Assembly: GCA_012523575.1 (NCBI GenBank)
Contig: JAAYIF010000025.1
Coordinates: 128 to 64,127, forward strand
From: Clostridia bacterium
Lineage (GTDB): Bacteria; Bacillota; DTU086
Reading direction: 5' to 3'
Length of the DNA stretch: 64,000 nucleotides
Of the stretch, positions 33,498 to 42,699 are shown one piece after another. Position 1 is the stretch's first letter, and the number at the start of each line of letters is the position of its first letter. Both the position numbers and the translations under genes were made by a program. Under the pieces are notes generated by a model. That model worked only from the letters and a program-made list of their open reading frames with translations. It was not told where the DNA came from and ran no database searches.

Positions 33498-33526
33498 AAA
33501 AAAAGGCTGCTTTTTTCAAAGCAGCC
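33498..33526 (-). terminator. Terminator after the copper-amine-oxidase-domain gene
   Basis: GGCTGCTTT-N4-AAAGCAGCC with an adjacent A7 run. Confidence 0.65.
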
Positions 33527-33535
33527 CCTTTTACA

Positions 33536-35593
33536 TTACCAGTAGGGTTTGGGTATGAGTACTATCAGGGCCGGGGTATCAGACCCTCCCGGAGGAGTGT
33601 AAAGGAAAGTTTTCTCCTTCTGCGCAGGGATAACTCCCATAACAGCCCCTACAAAGAAATTACCTCTTATGAAGCCCGTTGCAGGCAGAAGATATGCTTG
33701 TCCCTGGGAATCCGCTGCGGCACCCCTGAATATAGTGCCCCGGGGGTTAAAAATAACTCCCGTCTCAGTAGGAGACTTAACGGTTATTTTGTACAGCACC
33801 CCATAATTACCTTTATTCACCACTTCCTCGCCCGTTAGGGCATCTCTTCCCTTTATGAAGCCTTCCACACTGATATCCCTGCCCAGAGTTATTTTTTCAG
33901 GTTCGCTGCCTTTTAAGGTTGCCATAATAATCACATCCCCATCTTCAAAGGTTCCCCTGGCATGAATTCCATCGGGAGAAAGTACTACATGGGCGCTGTA
34001 GTAGTCCTGACCTAACTCTATCATGGCCAGGGTAATTTCCAGCTGTTCACTGCACTCCAGCTCAATCATGCCCGAAATAATCTCCCCATTGGCGATGGCT
34101 TTTCCATACTGACCCGTGTTTATCGCTGCAACGCCACCCCTGTTGAGGATCACACTGCTTCCCCCCGGGGAGTTCAGATACTGGTAAGCAACCCTCTGCC
34201 CTAAAAACATTTCATCGGTGGTGGGTCCTGCAAGGGCCAAATTATTGATCTTCACTACTTCATTACTGTCTCCCAAATTCTTAACCCACACGGCAAAGGT
34301 GCATCTTTTACCCGTGCCGTTTTTGTGATGGTAGTAGATCCTTACTTTTCCCTTTACCCTATCCTGATACAGTATCCCCGGTGACTTTACTGTTTCCGGA
34401 CTGTTGCTCAAAATGAGCACAGGGCCGCCGTATTCCACTTCCACCGCTGCTTCGGGCAGGGAATTGTAATGTATATTGTCGGGATTTATAAAGAACTCAC
34501 CGGAAACTGGATCTGAAAATTTAAACTCATACTCAGATTTACCCTTTTCTTTTGTGCTTTCCAGCACAATAACCGCTTCATTACTCCAGTTGTTGAAAGA
34601 ATCCTTAACCTTTAAGGCCACTTCGTATGTTTGGTCCCCAAAAAGGGCCCTGGGTTTTCCCACCACTTCTATGGTTTTCCCGGTATAATCCTTCCAGCGG
34701 TAAACCCAGCGTTCCTCCACTATGCTGTCCCACGGCTCGTCCTCTACTTTATAAGTAAAGTTTAGGGGAGTTCCCTGGGGTATCCTTTTGGCTCCGGCTT
34801 CAAACTCCTTAATCACCGGAGGCTGATTGGGCTTTACTTCCAGGTTCTTTTCATACAATTGGCTCCAGTTTTCATTGCTGTCCTTTACCCTCAATCGAAC
34901 CAAATATGTTCCAGGGGTACGCACAGGAAAATACTCGTCAAGGGAAGCAACTCTTTTTCTTTCTCCCTTATCATTAACCACTTCCCACTCCCAAGCAACA
35001 ATGGCATCGCCTTCGGGATCCCAGCTTAAATCGTTTACTCGAACGGCCTGTCCAGCCCTTACCTCGGCATCCACAAATTCAAAATATGCGTTGGGTGCAT
35101 TGTTGACCGTACCTTCCTGGGAGCGAGTTATGGTAATTTTCTTTGAAAGGTGCTCGTAATCAACGGTAAGGCCTGTGCTTTCCGAAAGAAATCTTAAGGG
35201 AACCAGCACCCTACTGTTTCTTATCAAGGGAGGTTGGTTAAGGGAATATTCCTTTCCGTCTACAAAGGCAGTTTTATTATTGACCCACAATTCAATTAAC
35301 AGTTCTCCCTTTTTCACCGTAACCTTTTTATCCTGGTCGCTCCAGTCAACCCCTGCGGCCAAGATATCCTGACACACAAAGCGCATGGGCAGGAGGGTAG
35401 TGCCGTTAAACACTTCTGGCGCCACATCAATGTTCATCTGCTTGCCATCAATGATCACCGCATTGCTACCAACGGTGAGCTCCACCCTCTGCGGTGCCGG
35501 TGTAACCTCCTCGGCATGACAAACAACGGCAAATAAAAATAATAAAGCCAAGACCACCTGGGTTAACAGTATGAGCCTCCCAAGTTTTTTCAA
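33536..35593 (-). CDS. Secreted protein with copper-amine-oxidase N-terminal (stalk) domain, PKD/Ig-like domains and an unknown C-terminal domain
   Basis: Signal peptide, GTTLLPMRF and RVLVPLRFLSE repeats, SWDPEGDAIVAWEW (PKD-like). Confidence 0.75.
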   Translation of the reverse strand: MKKLGRLILLTQVVLALLFLFAVVCHAEEVTPAPQRVELTVGSNAVIIDGKQMNIDVAPEVFNGTTLLPMRFVCQDILAAGVDWSDQDKKVTVKKGELLIELWVNNKTAFVDGKEYSLNQPPLIRNSRVLVPLRFLSESTGLTVDYEHLSKKITITRSQEGTVNNAPNAYFEFVDAEVRAGQAVRVNDLSWDPEGDAIVAWEWEVVNDKGERKRVASLDEYFPVRTPGTYLVRLRVKDSNENWSQLYEKNLEVKPNQPPVIKEFEAGAKRIPQGTPLNFTYKVEDEPWDSIVEERWVYRWKDYTGKTIEVVGKPRALFGDQTYEVALKVKDSFNNWSNEAVIVLESTKEKGKSEYEFKFSDPVSGEFFINPDNIHYNSLPEAAVEVEYGGPVLILSNSPETVKSPGILYQDRVKGKVRIYYHHKNGTGKRCTFAVWVKNLGDSNEVVKINNLALAGPTTDEMFLGQRVAYQYLNSPGGSSVILNRGGVAAINTGQYGKAIANGEIISGMIELECSEQLEITLAMIELGQDYYSAHVVLSPDGIHARGTFEDGDVIIMATLKGSEPEKITLGRDISVEGFIKGRDALTGEEVVNKGNYGVLYKITVKSPTETGVIFNPRGTIFRGAAADSQGQAYLLPATGFIRGNFFVGAVMGVIPAQKEKTFLYTPPGGSDTPALIVLIPKPYW

Positions 35594-35787
35594 ATAAATC
35601 CCTCCCCTAAAAAACAGGTAATTTTTTCACGTTATCCTTCATTATACCAAAACCTAGAATCATAAATTACAAAAGTTCAAATAATAAAAACCCCCCCCCA
35701 TTAATAATTACCATTTATCAAGTTGCAACCTTTCAAAAAAAATGAAATAATACTTGTGAACATAATTTCGCTAAGGTGATGTTAGAA

Positions 35788-36285
35788 ATGGCGAGACGTC
35801 CAAAGAATCGTTGTGTTCAATGCCTGCCCCGGGTAAACAGATTTAAGCCGGCGGGGATGCCCCTATCAGAACTGGAAGAAGTTGTACTGTCCGTGGAAGA
35901 GCTGGAAGCAATTCGCCTTAAGGATTTGGAAGGCCTTGAACAAGCAGAATGCGCAGTAAGAATGGGTATTTCCAGACCCACATTCCACCGCATTTTAGTC
36001 AGCGCAAGACAAAAAATAGCGGAATGCCTTGTAATGGGGAAAGCCCTTCGCATTGAAGGAGGAGACTTTAAATTATATCCGAAGAACTATTATTGTAAGG
36101 AGTGCAGCCATGAGTGGCAAGCTTCCTTCAAAATGGAACAGGATGATGGGGAAGCCATATGCCCCAACTGCGGAGAAGAAGATATTAAACCCATGGATCC
36201 AAGGAGACGGGGATTGGGCGGCCCACCATGGGATTCTATGGGAAGGGGCCCCAAGAAGGGTTGGGGTGGTCCCCAGGATAAATAA
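35788..36285 (+). CDS. DUF134 HTH protein with a C-terminal zinc ribbon
   Basis: MARRPKNRCV, EELEAIRLKDLEGLEQAECAVRMGISRPTF, CKEC..CPNC. Confidence 0.85.
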   Translation: MARRPKNRCVQCLPRVNRFKPAGMPLSELEEVVLSVEELEAIRLKDLEGLEQAECAVRMGISRPTFHRILVSARQKIAECLVMGKALRIEGGDFKLYPKNYYCKECSHEWQASFKMEQDDGEAICPNCGEEDIKPMDPRRRGLGGPPWDSMGRGPKKGWGGPQDK

Positions 36286-36325
36286 AAGAGTAGGGTTCTG
36301 CAATCCCGGCGGACCCTGCTCTTTT
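36284..36325. terminator. Bidirectional terminator
   Basis: AAAAGAGTAGGGT...ACCCTGCTCTTTT. Confidence 0.55.
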
Positions 36326-36337
36326 AGGGCACTGTGC

Positions 36338-36915
36338 TTAAGAATTCCCCTTTTCTTTCTTATTCCTCATCTCCTCCACAACTTCTATAAACACATCCAC
36401 CAATTGGGGATCAACCTGCCTGCCCGCAAGGCTTTTTAATTCGGAGACCGCTTCATCGTGGGACTTGCCATTTCTGTACGGGCGGTCATTGGTCATGGCA
36501 TCGTAGGCATCGGCAATGGAAAGTATCCTGCATTCCAAAGGAATTTCCTCCCCTTTTCAGCTAGACAATTGATAACTTTTAAAAAATTTTCCCTTTGATC
36601 CTCGGGTACAGTAGGGTTGAATTTTCCAACCCCCCCCTTTTTTTCCAACTATAGGTTTTCTCCGCTGCAGTGTTCCACATTTCCACTTGCCCTTTAGGAG
36701 AAAACACCACGACAGGAATGGGTGATGCCTCAAATATGGTCTTAAGCCTTTCCTCACTGTCCTTTAATTCCATTATCATCTGCAGCCTGTGAAAAGCCAT
36801 GGAAATAATTTCGGAAACTATTTTAAGGAGGGCAACCTACCTTTCACTCCAGGACTTCCCCACCTCCGCAGCTCCAAAACCTATAAATCCCAAAAGCCTT
36901 TCACCGCACACAAAA
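36338..36915 (-). pseudogene. GAF-PAS-(deleted)-HD-GYP signalling protein relic
   Basis: LLGFIGF..W SER*VALLKIVSE (TAG 36839-37), PAS start IFEASPIPVVVFSPKGQVEMWNTAAE, then an abrupt KGEEIPLECRILSIADAYDAMTNDRPYR. Confidence 0.75.
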
Positions 36916-37013
36916 ATAAATCTCCTTATAAAAATATTTTTCTATTAAAATCCAAAAAATCCCATTATCCCCATTAAATTATCTGTTATAAATAGCCTTA
37001 AAGTTGTGTTCCG

Positions 37014-37043
37014 TTGCAGCATTCCCACAGCAATTGATATAAT
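37014..37043 (+). promoter_or_regulatory. Extended -10 sigmaA promoter for the FHA operon
   Basis: TTGCAG-18-TATAAT with TG at the extended -10 position. Confidence 0.5.
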
Positions 37044-37075
37044 ATATTAAGCTGTTTTTTGTGAGGAGATCTTTT

Positions 37076-37477
37076 ATGGGACTCCTGTCAAACATCGAAA
37101 AAGGACTGGAAAATTGCATAGAAGGTATATTTAAAAATAAGCAGAAAAAACCCCGTAAAAAATCCCCAAAGGAGATTCACAGCACCAAACTGGTGGTCAT
37201 TGCAGGTCCCCACAGGGGAGAAACTTTTTATCTCAAAGAAGGGAAAACCATCATCGGCAGAGCGGCGGACTCCTGTGACCATAAAATCGTTCTAAAAGAC
37301 AGCAGTGTGTCCCGCCGTCATGCCCAAGTGGAATATTCCGGCGGGAAAGTTTCTATAAATGACCTAGGAAGTACCAACGGAGTTTATGTCAACAGCCGCA
37401 TAACCATAAGGAAAACCCTTGAACCCGGGGACATCATAAGCCTGGGAAGAACGGTGTTTGTTTTTGAGGTGGAGTGA
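37076..37477 (+). CDS. FHA-domain protein (FhaA-like, N-terminal domain largely absent)
   Basis: IIGR...VSRRHA...DLGSTNGVYVN; N-terminus MGLLSNIEKGLENCIEGIF. Confidence 0.85.
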   Translation: MGLLSNIEKGLENCIEGIFKNKQKKPRKKSPKEIHSTKLVVIAGPHRGETFYLKEGKTIIGRAADSCDHKIVLKDSSVSRRHAQVEYSGGKVSINDLGSTNGVYVNSRITIRKTLEPGDIISLGRTVFVFEVE

Positions 37478-37481
37478 GACT

Positions 37482-37958
37482 ATGGAGCTGGCCTTAACCC
37501 TAACAATTTTGAGGTATGTTTTCCTGGTACTCCTCTATGTATTTGTCTTTACAGTGGTGGGACATATGTTCAGGGGTACAAAGGCAAAACCAAGACCCCA
37601 CTTATCCCAGCGGCAGGTAGCATACATGGAGTCTGAAGGCCCCAGGGTAAAAGCCGTCTCTCCCACTGCCGCCCCAAGGCTTATAAGCGCCAAGCCCCTT
37701 TCGGGCAAAAAGGTTTTTTATCTTGACAGCCGGACAACCATAGGTAGCGGGAAGAACAACAGCATTGTAATACCAAGCCGCTATGTTTCCCGGGAACACG
37801 CCGTGATTTACAAAAAAGGCGATCAGTACTGGCTGCAGGATCTGGAAAGCAAAAATGGCACCTATTTAAATGGTTACCCTGTAAAAACCTCCACGGTTTT
37901 AGCCCATGGGGACCATATAAACGTGGGCGGTGCCGATTTTAAATTTTACAAGTGGTAA
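37482..37958 (+). CDS. Membrane-anchored FHA protein (FhaB-like)
   Basis: N-terminal TM LTILRYVFLVLLYVFV; VSREHA...DLESKNGTYLNG. Confidence 0.85.
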   Translation: MELALTLTILRYVFLVLLYVFVFTVVGHMFRGTKAKPRPHLSQRQVAYMESEGPRVKAVSPTAAPRLISAKPLSGKKVFYLDSRTTIGSGKNNSIVIPSRYVSREHAVIYKKGDQYWLQDLESKNGTYLNGYPVKTSTVLAHGDHINVGGADFKFYKW

Positions 37959-37999
37959 TTTTAAACTTCTGTCAGGAATTTGTTTCCGGAGGATCCCCT

Positions 38000-39265
38000 A
38001 TGGCCTACAATAAAAAGGTACATATGCTGCGAAGGCTGGAAAGAAAACTGCTCCTAAGGGTAGCTGCATATTTATTTATAGGGACAGGGGTGCTCTTCCT
38101 TGAACACCCGGACTCCGGCAGGGAGCTTTTTACTGCAGTGGTAATTATTACCTGTATTTATTTTGCCTTAAACCAATTTTGGAATTATGTCCACTTTGCC
38201 GGGGATCCCTATATGCTGTCCCTTATATTTGTTTTGTGTTCCACAAGCCTTATTCTTCTGTACCGCCTAAACCCCATCTATGCAGCGCGTCAGTTTTTAT
38301 GGTTCATTGTGGGCCTCACAGCCCTTGCTGTTTCTTCCAAAATCAACTACAGGAAGCTTGCTGACTACAAATACCTTTATGCGGCCGGAGGAGCCCTTCT
38401 GCTGCTTCTGCCCGTTTTTTTCGGTGCGGAGCGGGGAGGAGCAAAAAGCTGGCTGCAGATAGGCTCCATAACCATACAAACCTCTGAATTTGTAAAGATA
38501 CTGCTGGTGCTTTTTCTTGCCTCCTATCTCTCCCAGAAAAGCACGGAGCTGGTACGGGAAAAGCAGAGCTTTAAAGGTTTTAAACTCCCTTCCCTAGAAG
38601 AATGGGGGCCCCTTTTAATGATGCTGGGAATTTCTCTGATTTTCCTTGTTTTTCAAAAGGACCTGGGAGCCACCCTGATTTTTTACGGTACTTTTCTCGC
38701 CATGCTTTATATTTCCACTGCCAAACTTTCTTATATTATTATGGGAAGCCTGCTTTTTTTAATTGGCGGTTCCGCAACATATTTTATCTTTGACCATGTG
38801 AAAATGAGAGTGGAAACATGGATTAATCCCCTTCAGTATGCAGAAACCGCCGGCTACCAGGTGATCCAATCCTTACTGGCTTTCGGATACGGCGGTCTCA
38901 CCGGAGCCGGATTGGGAGAAGGGTTTCCCCATTTTATACCCGCTGTCCATACGGATTTTATTTTCGCAGCCGCTGCAGAAGAACTGGGCCTTGCGGGGGC
39001 CCTTGCCCTGCTCATGGTATACATACTCCTTATTTATCTTGGCTTTAAAATAGCCGCCAGGGCCCGGGATAACTTTTCAAAGCTTTTGGCGGCAGGCTTT
39101 ACATCCCTCATGGCTCTGCAGATCTTTATAATAATCGGGGGAACCACCAAACTCCTTCCCCTTACAGGGGTTACCCTTCCATTCCTGAGCTATGGGGGAA
39201 GTTCCCTGGTTTCAAACTGCATCATTGTGGGACTTCTGATGAATATTTCCTCTACCCGTATTTAA
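38000..39265 (+). CDS. rodA: SEDS-family glycosyltransferase (RodA/FtsW)
   Basis: GAKSWL, QTSEFVK, QKDLG, GYQVIQS, HTDFIF, LPLTGVTLPFLSYGGSS; likely ATG 38000 (ORF track 37952). Confidence 0.9.
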   Translation: MAYNKKVHMLRRLERKLLLRVAAYLFIGTGVLFLEHPDSGRELFTAVVIITCIYFALNQFWNYVHFAGDPYMLSLIFVLCSTSLILLYRLNPIYAARQFLWFIVGLTALAVSSKINYRKLADYKYLYAAGGALLLLLPVFFGAERGGAKSWLQIGSITIQTSEFVKILLVLFLASYLSQKSTELVREKQSFKGFKLPSLEEWGPLLMMLGISLIFLVFQKDLGATLIFYGTFLAMLYISTAKLSYIIMGSLLFLIGGSATYFIFDHVKMRVETWINPLQYAETAGYQVIQSLLAFGYGGLTGAGLGEGFPHFIPAVHTDFIFAAAAEELGLAGALALLMVYILLIYLGFKIAARARDNFSKLLAAGFTSLMALQIFIIIGGTTKLLPLTGVTLPFLSYGGSSLVSNCIIVGLLMNISSTRI

Positions 39266-39292
39266 CGCGGTGTTTGGAAAGGTGATGGGATA

Positions 39293-40711
39293 ATGGACAA
39301 AACCATCCGCAGATTATGCAGGTTTTTTATAGTAATCTTTACGGTCCTGGCGCTGTATTTGGGATACGTAAACCTCTACCTGGGACCCAGCCTGGCCACC
39401 AGTCCGTATAACAGGCGCCTTGCCGCTATTGAAGAAAAAATCCCCAGGGGAACCATCTACGACAGGAATGGAGAAATTCTTGCCGAAACTAAAAGCCAAA
39501 AACGCATATATCCCTTAGGAGAGGATGCAGTACATGTGGTGGGATTCCTTTCCAGACGCTATGGACGTACCGGACTGGAAAGGGTTTACGACCAGTACCT
39601 TTTGGGAATAAGTCGGGAAAATGAGCTGCAGTCCTTCATCAACAAAGCATTGGGGCGTGTTCAGAAGGGGCATGACGTGGTGGTAACCCTGGATGCGGCT
39701 TTGCAGAAAAAAGCGGCGGAAATGCTGGGCAACAGAAAAGGGGCCGTGGTGGCTCTTGATCCCAGGACAGGAGAAATATTAGTTCTGGCCAGCAGCCCCA
39801 GCTTTAACCCTGAAAGTTTGGAGGAAAATGTTTCCGTAGAAAACACCCGGTATGACCTGCTTCTCAAGGACGAAGATTCGCCCTTGGTGAACCGGGCCAC
39901 CCAGGGCGCTTACCCGCCGGGTTCCACCTTTAAACTGGTAACCGGAGGGGGAATGCTTACCTGGAATCCCTCCACTTCATACAGAAGTATAGACTGCAAG
40001 GGAGAGATTACCGTTGAAGGGTTTACCCTCCCCGACATAGCAGTCCACGGTAGAACGGATTTTGACAGGGCCATAGCCCTTTCCTGCAACACCTTCTTTG
40101 CCAGGGGCGGACTGGAACTGGGGCCTGATAAATTATACAAAGCCGCAGAAGCCTTTGGGGTAACAAAAAATCCCTGGGAAGGAAAAACCCAGGAAGTCCC
40201 CTGCCGCGCCGGTACCCTTACACCGCCGGAAAAAATGACCAAGGCACAGATTGTGTCCACGGCAATAGGTCAGGGAGAACTTTTGGTAAGCCCCCTGCAT
40301 ATGGCCCTGGTAGCGGCAGCGGTAGCCAACGACGGAAAAATCATGAAGCCCCATCTTTTGGATAGGGTGCAGACTCAGGACGAGGGGAGAATAATCACTA
40401 AATATACACCTCAGGTTTGGCTTGAGCCCTTGGGGCAGACCGCAGCAAGAAAAATTAAAAGGGCAATGCAGGAAGCGGTGGAAAATGGTACAGCAGTGCG
40501 GGCAGCCATTCCTGGAATTACTGTGGCGGGTAAAACGGGCTCAGCCCAGAACCCCAGCGGGGATCCCCATGCCTGGTTTGTAGGATTTGCCCCCGTTGAA
40601 GAACCAAAGATCGCAGTGGCAGTAATAATTGAAAACGGAGGTGCTGGGGGCAGGGCAGCAGCTCCCATAGCAAGGGAAATAATGAGAATGGCACTAAAAT
40701 TTGGCCAGTAG
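39293..40711 (+). CDS. Class B penicillin-binding protein (PbpA-like)
   Basis: RGTIYDRNG, PPGSTFK (SxxK), SCN (SxN), KTGSAQ (KTG), HAWFVGFAP. Confidence 0.92.
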   Translation: MDKTIRRLCRFFIVIFTVLALYLGYVNLYLGPSLATSPYNRRLAAIEEKIPRGTIYDRNGEILAETKSQKRIYPLGEDAVHVVGFLSRRYGRTGLERVYDQYLLGISRENELQSFINKALGRVQKGHDVVVTLDAALQKKAAEMLGNRKGAVVALDPRTGEILVLASSPSFNPESLEENVSVENTRYDLLLKDEDSPLVNRATQGAYPPGSTFKLVTGGGMLTWNPSTSYRSIDCKGEITVEGFTLPDIAVHGRTDFDRAIALSCNTFFARGGLELGPDKLYKAAEAFGVTKNPWEGKTQEVPCRAGTLTPPEKMTKAQIVSTAIGQGELLVSPLHMALVAAAVANDGKIMKPHLLDRVQTQDEGRIITKYTPQVWLEPLGQTAARKIKRAMQEAVENGTAVRAAIPGITVAGKTGSAQNPSGDPHAWFVGFAPVEEPKIAVAVIIENGGAGGRAAAPIAREIMRMALKFGQ

Positions 40712-40742
40712 GTTAATATAATTATTATGAGGTGAATTACAA

Positions 40743-42671
40743 ATGCTGAAAGGGCAGCTGGGAAACAGATATGAGATAATTGAACAGATCGGAAGCGGGG
40801 GCATGGCATTTGTTTATAAAGCCAAGGATATTTTCTTAAATCGTCTAGTAACCATTAAGGCCCTTCGACCGGAATATACTGCCGATGAAAACTTTCTCAA
40901 ACTGTTCCGCCGTGAAGCCCAGGCCGTTGCAAGCCTTTCCCATCCCAATATCGTGGCCATCTATGACGTGGGACAGGAAGGGGACATTCCCTATCTCGTA
41001 ATAGAGTACATCGACGGCGAAGATCTTAAATCAAAAATTGAAAGGGAAGGAAAACTGGATCCCAAAACGGCGGTGGAAATAGCCCTGCAAGTGCTGGACG
41101 CCCTGGAACACGCCCACAGGCACGGCATCATCCACAGGGATATTAAAACCCACAACATCCTTATTTCAAAAAACATGGAAGTTAAGCTTACCGATTTCGG
41201 CATAGCCAGAGAAACCACCTCCGCCACCATTACCCAAACCGCTGCCATTACGGGTTCCATGCACTACATTTCCCCGGAACAGGCCCGGGGAGAACCCGCC
41301 GATGCCAGGTCCGATATTTATTCCATGGGCGTTGTTTTGTACGAAATGCTTACCGGAACCTTACCTTTCCAGGGGGAAAATCCCATTGCCGTAGCCGTTA
41401 AGCACATACAGGAAGAACCGGAACCTCCTTCCAGCCGGGAAAAAACCGTTCCCCCTTCCCTGGAAAGATTGATCATGAAGGCTATGGATAAAATTCCCTA
41501 TAAGCGGTTTACCTCAGCGGAAGAAATGTCCCTGGCTTTGAAAGATATTTATATCAATGAACTGGGGGGCACCAAATCATTCGGTTTTGAGCCGGGACAA
41601 TCATATACAGATTCGTACACGGAAATGTATCCCGAAGGGATCTATGATGAAGATTTAGGGGAAGAGGAAGAAGAGATCACCATTCCCCCCAAAGCACACC
41701 ATCCCGGTAAGGAGAGCCGAGCCTTAACAGTAACGGCGGTACTTGTGGCACTGGCGCTGCTGGCGGCGGCAGGTTTTGCCCTAAGCAGCTTTTTCGGCTC
41801 TGCAGGAAAAGAAGTTCAGGTACCCAATGTGGTGGGAATGAATCTGGATGAAGCTAAAAAAACCCTGGAGGATTTAGGATTAACCGTTGAAGTAAAGAGG
41901 GAAAACCATCCCACAATCCCCGAAAATACGGTAATAGAACAGGATATTAAGCCCGGGGTAACGGTGAAGCTTCCCCAAACCATTATTTTAACGGTGAGCT
42001 CAGGGCCCGATCTCGTAACGGTGCCAAACCTTTACAATAAATCCGTTGATGAAGCAAGGGATATCTTAGAAAAGTTTGGCCTTAACCTTGCGGACGTTAA
42101 AGAGGGATACAGTGATGAAGTCCCCGAAGGTTTTATTTACCGACAAATTCCCTCGCCGGGGGAAAGGGTATCCAAAGGGACAGAAGTAATGGTCTATGTT
42201 TCCCTAGGTCCGGAAGGAATAAGGGTACCTGACCTTATTGGTTTGACCATAGAAGAAGCAAAGGCAAAATTGGAGCAGAGTGGGCTCAGTTTAAACGCAA
42301 ACATTCAGTGGGAAGAAAGTGACAGATACGAAAGGGGAGTAGTAATAGATCAGAACCCCAAACCCGGCACTTCGGTAAAGGAAAATGCGTCGGTTAGCGT
42401 CACCCTAAGCAGGGGTAAGGAAGACGACGATGATGAAGACGAAGATTCCTGGGCTTCAACTACGGCTGAAGTTTCAGTACCCAGCGACGGACGGGAACAC
42501 AGGGTGCTGGTAGCGGTAACGGACCAGAGGGGAACAAACAATGTATATGAAAGCACCCACCCCCCGGGAACAAGGTTAAGGATACCCGTAAGGTTTAGGG
42601 GAAACCAAGCAGTGGTCAAAGTTTACATTGACGGTTCCCTGGTGGACGAAAAAACTGTTTCCGCAAGATAG
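40743..42671 (+). CDS. PASTA-domain Ser/Thr protein kinase (PknB/PrkC/Stk1 family)
   Basis: IGSGGMAFVY, HRDIKTHN, TDFGIA, YISPEQARG, a TM helix, three PASTA repeats and a C-terminal beta domain. Confidence 0.95.
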   Translation: MLKGQLGNRYEIIEQIGSGGMAFVYKAKDIFLNRLVTIKALRPEYTADENFLKLFRREAQAVASLSHPNIVAIYDVGQEGDIPYLVIEYIDGEDLKSKIEREGKLDPKTAVEIALQVLDALEHAHRHGIIHRDIKTHNILISKNMEVKLTDFGIARETTSATITQTAAITGSMHYISPEQARGEPADARSDIYSMGVVLYEMLTGTLPFQGENPIAVAVKHIQEEPEPPSSREKTVPPSLERLIMKAMDKIPYKRFTSAEEMSLALKDIYINELGGTKSFGFEPGQSYTDSYTEMYPEGIYDEDLGEEEEEITIPPKAHHPGKESRALTVTAVLVALALLAAAGFALSSFFGSAGKEVQVPNVVGMNLDEAKKTLEDLGLTVEVKRENHPTIPENTVIEQDIKPGVTVKLPQTIILTVSSGPDLVTVPNLYNKSVDEARDILEKFGLNLADVKEGYSDEVPEGFIYRQIPSPGERVSKGTEVMVYVSLGPEGIRVPDLIGLTIEEAKAKLEQSGLSLNANIQWEESDRYERGVVIDQNPKPGTSVKENASVSVTLSRGKEDDDDEDEDSWASTTAEVSVPSDGREHRVLVAVTDQRGTNNVYESTHPPGTRLRIPVRFRGNQAVVKVYIDGSLVDEKTVSAR

Positions 42672-42699
42672 AAAAAACAAAAAAAAGGCCCCTTCAAAA

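Noticed and set aside
35594-37060. c-di-GMP or other riboswitch near the HD-GYP relic and surface protein
   Set aside because: No recognisable aptamer motifs; the C-runs and A-runs are simple homopolymers.
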